Origin: Solirubrobacterales bacterium
GTDB taxonomy: Bacteria > Actinomycetota > Thermoleophilia > Solirubrobacterales > JBBDJG01
Direction of reading: 5' to 3'
Assembly: GCA_038330145.1 (NCBI GenBank)
Contig: JBBQNR010000004.1
Coordinates: 6,915-70,914 of the forward strand
DNA length: 64,000 bases
Both the position numbers and the translations under genes were made by a program. The notes under the pieces were generated by a model, which saw nothing but the letters and a program-made list of their open reading frames with translations, did no database searches and was not told where the DNA came from. This document shows positions 61,779-64,000 of the stretch, in pieces (the stretch's first letter is position 1; each line of letters starts with the position of its first letter).

Positions 61779-64000
61779 TCAGGGAGTTAGGACTCCCTGA
61801 GTCATGAACACCTTCTCGTCGCCTGAGCCGCAGCTCAGGGGGCAGGCACCCGACGGCGGCGTGATGCTGCCGTCTGCTCCGCGGTCCAGCAGGTTGAACG
61901 AGAACGTCGAGATGATCGTGCGCTTCGTCTCCTTGACGAAGTTGGGCAGCAGCGTGTCGGCCGTGGTGGTGACGTTGCAGCTCCCTCCGACCGCGGGGTC
62001 GGGTGTCGCGACGCAGTCGAACGGGATCGAGAACTGCACGTCCTGCACGGTGGCGCCCTCGTCGCTGTTGTAGCCGTTGGAGCGGTCGGTGATCCGCATC
62101 TGGGTGGTCAGGATCACCTTGCCCGTGTACTCGGTCCCGCCGACCTTGTTCAGCACGTCGGTGGCCGATCCAGTGATCGAGAAGTCGGCCTCGTCGGCCA
62201 TCGTTCCGGTGTTGCCCGGGATCGCGTACAGATAGGCCGAGGCCAGGCCCCGGCCCACGGTCGACGTCGTCAGCAGCGACGACTCCTGGGCAGGAGGCGT
62301 GCAGGAGGGGTTGTTGAGCGGCCCGACATGGCTGCTGTTCGGGCTTGTGCATTGCTGAAACGCCGGAACCAACGCGACCCGCAGCGGGGTCGCGCCCCCC
62401 GGCCTCGGGTAGAGCGGGTCGGCGGCGAGCGCGACGTAGACGTCCAGAGCGGTGTCGGTGTCGCTGGCCGCCAGCGGCTCGAGCGTGTCGAAGAAGGCCT
62501 TGCGGCCATCAGCCGAGCTGGTCCAGAAGAAGGCCGGGAAGGCGCCGTTGCCTCCGCTGGGCCCGGTCGAGATCCGCGTCGTCGCGCCCGAGAAGCGCTC
62601 GTAGACGTCGGTCACGGTGTCCGTGTCGCCTGTGGACAGAGACTCGTCCGTCTCGAAGAACGCCCGCGCGCCGTCCGTGCTTGCCCCGACGTAGGTCGTC
62701 GGGAAGGCGCCGTTGCCGCCCGTGGTGCTGGTCGAGACCTGGGTCGTGGTCCCGCCCGAGCGCTGATAGAGGTCGGTGACGGCGTCCGTGTCGCCGGCCA
62801 GCAGCGATTCGGCGGTCGAGAAGAAGACCAGGTTGCCGGTCTCCGACGCACCATCGAAGAAGGCCGAGACGGCGCCGTTGCCGCCCGTGACGCCGGCTGA
62901 AAGCCGAGTCGTGGTGCCGCCCGCGCGCTCGTAGATGTCACGCGAGGCGTCCGTGTCGTCAGCCGTCAGCACCTCGCGGGTATCGAAGAACACACGGCTG
63001 CCGTCGGCCGAGCTGCCCAGGAAGAGCGGCACGAACGCGCCGTTGCCTCCTACGGGCCCGGTCGAGACCCGCGTCGTCGTCCCACCGGAGCGCTGGTAGA
63101 TATCGATCACCGCGTCGGTGTCCCCCGGCTCGAGTTGCTCCGCGCTGGTGAAGAACACGCTCGACGCGCTGGGGGTGATGCCGGCGAAGGCGGCAGCGAA
63201 CGCGCCGTTGCCCCCCGCAGATCCGGTCGACACCCGCGTCGTCACCCCGCCTGAGCGCTGGTAGAGGTCGACCTGCGTGTCGGTGTCCGTCCCGACCAGC
63301 GATTCGTCGGTGCTGAAGATCACCACGCTGCCGTCTGCCGACGCTGCGCCGAAGTCGGCGAAGAAGGAGCCGTTGCCACCACTGGGACCGGTGGAGACCT
63401 GCGTCGTGGTGCCGCCGGAACGCTCGTAGACGTCCGTCACGGTGTCGGTGTCACCCGCAACCAGAGACTCGTCCGTCTCGAAGAAAACCCGGCTGCCGTC
63501 GTTGGAGGAGCCGCGGAAGATCGCGTCGAAGGCGCCGTTGCCGCCGCTCGTTCCGGTCGAGATCAGGGTCGTGGTGCTGCCCGAGCGCTCGTAGATGTCG
63601 AACTGGTTGTCGGTGTCGGCCGCAACCAGCTTTTCCTCGGTGTCGAAGAAGACCCGCGCGCCGTCGGTGGATATCGCCTGATAGAAGCTGTCGAAGCTGC
63701 CGTTGCCGCCGGTCGGGCCTGTGGAGAGGAGCGTGGTGACGGTGCCGCTGCGCTGGTAGACGTCGAACTGGCCGTCCGTGTCGGCGGCGACCAGCTTCTC
63801 GTCGCTCTCGAAGACGGCGGGCGTGCCGGAGGCCGAGGTGCCGGCGAAGTAGGCGTCGTTGGGCCCGTTTCCGCCGCTGGAGCCGATCGAGATCTGCACC
63901 TGCACGTTGTGGTTCGCGCCCGCGCTGGTGGCGAACGCGATTGCCAGCAGTATTCCCGTGAGCAGAGCCGCACCCACGCCAAGCTTTCCGTTTCGAATCA
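61779..64000 (-). CDS. Secreted protein with nine tandem 55-aa beta-propeller-type (PD40/TolB-like) repeats and a C-terminal Cys-containing domain of about 215 aa; the 5' end is probably outside the window
   Basis: The frame stays open to the window edge (..IRNGKLGVGAALLTGILLAIAFATSAGA is a signal peptide). GTG 63977 is the only in-window start. The repeat consensus is D.Y.RSGGTTT.VSTGP.GGNGAF.A.F.G.S.DGSRVFF.T.E.L...DTD. Confidence 0.7.
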   Translation of the reverse strand, partial: IRNGKLGVGAALLTGILLAIAFATSAGANHNVQVQISIGSSGGNGPNDAYFAGTSASGTPAVFESDEKLVAADTDGQFDVYQRSGTVTTLLSTGPTGGNGSFDSFYQAISTDGARVFFDTEEKLVAADTDNQFDIYERSGSTTTLISTGTSGGNGAFDAIFRGSSNDGSRVFFETDESLVAGDTDTVTDVYERSGGTTTQVSTGPSGGNGSFFADFGAASADGSVVIFSTDESLVGTDTDTQVDLYQRSGGVTTRVSTGSAGGNGAFAAAFAGITPSASSVFFTSAEQLEPGDTDAVIDIYQRSGGTTTRVSTGPVGGNGAFVPLFLGSSADGSRVFFDTREVLTADDTDASRDIYERAGGTTTRLSAGVTGGNGAVSAFFDGASETGNLVFFSTAESLLAGDTDAVTDLYQRSGGTTTQVSTSTTGGNGAFPTTYVGASTDGARAFFETDESLSTGDTDTVTDVYERFSGATTRISTGPSGGNGAFPAFFWTSSADGRKAFFDTLEPLAASDTDTALDVYVALAADPLYPRPGGATPLRVALVPAFQQCTSPNSSHVGPLNNPSCTPPAQESSLLTTSTVGRGLASAYLYAIPGNTGTMADEADFSITGSATDVLNKVGGTEYTGKVILTTQMRITDRSNGYNSDEGATVQDVQFSIPFDCVATPDPAVGGSCNVTTTADTLLPNFVKETKRTIISTFSFNLLDRGADGSITPPSGACPLSCGSGDEKVFMTQGVLTP
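62445..63902 (-). repeat. Nine tandem copies of a 165-bp coding repeat
   Basis: GGNG occurs nine times at a 55-aa period. The DNA-level repeats are conserved enough to read by eye (..ccgttgcc[gc]cc..gg[gt]cc[gc]gt[cg]ga[gc]a..cgcgtcgt..). Confidence 0.7.

Noticed and set aside
1-64000. CRISPR arrays, rRNA and tRNA genes, transposases, integrases, phage genes, toxin-antitoxin pairs or known defence-system genes
   Set aside because: I found no spacer-repeat periodicity, no tRNA-like cloverleaf candidates in the few intergenic gaps, and no ORF with DDE, tyrosine or serine recombinase, or defence-type ATPase or nuclease motifs. The only mobile-element signature is the intein. I therefore do not call the cluster a mobile island.

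Overview
This is a high-GC window: hand counts on sample 60-nt lines give about 70-77% GC in most genes. Gene content looks actinobacterium-like. The left edge carries housekeeping genes, the 3' part of glmU followed by prs. From about 2.2 kb to 57.1 kb the window is an almost gap-free, roughly 55 kb cell-envelope glycan biosynthesis super-cluster. It contains: one WbaP-like polyprenyl-phosphate sugar-phosphate transferase; about 18 glycosyltransferase genes (GT4, GT2, GT26 and two two-domain enzymes); 7-8 SAM-dependent methyltransferases; nucleotide-sugar genes for a CDP-glucose branch (rfbF/rfbG) and a GDP-D-rhamnose branch (gmd/rmd); two MOP-type flippases; an O-antigen-ligase/Wzy_C-like protein with a TPR tail; a Wzm/Wzt ABC exporter whose Wzt has an extra C-terminal domain; a GtrB-like polyprenyl-phosphate sugar synthase; and several 700-790 aa polytopic membrane proteins, two of them clear paralogs. 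The right edge holds an orphan LuxR-type regulator with a degenerate receiver domain, a beta-helix protein plus lipoprotein operon, a SnoaL-like/DUF2804 pair, and a secreted protein with nine near-identical 55-aa beta-propeller-type repeats that runs off the window. The strongest single signal is that gmd is interrupted in frame by a 340-codon intein with two LAGLIDADG motifs, inserted exactly in the conserved NHE|SPRRG motif. It is flanked by an AT-rich synonymous-codon tract that looks like a homing co-conversion footprint. Other notable points are a frameshifted universal stress protein gene, a 177-nt palindromic element, perfect tandem duplications at two gene junctions, and divergent gene pairs with almost no intergenic space. 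I found no rRNA, tRNA, CRISPR array, transposase or integrase. All family assignments come from motif recognition by eye, and no searches were run. CDS coordinates follow codon arithmetic on the supplied ORF track. At a few loci my manual base counting differed from the track by 1 nt, so coordinates of non-coding features may be off by 1-2 nt.
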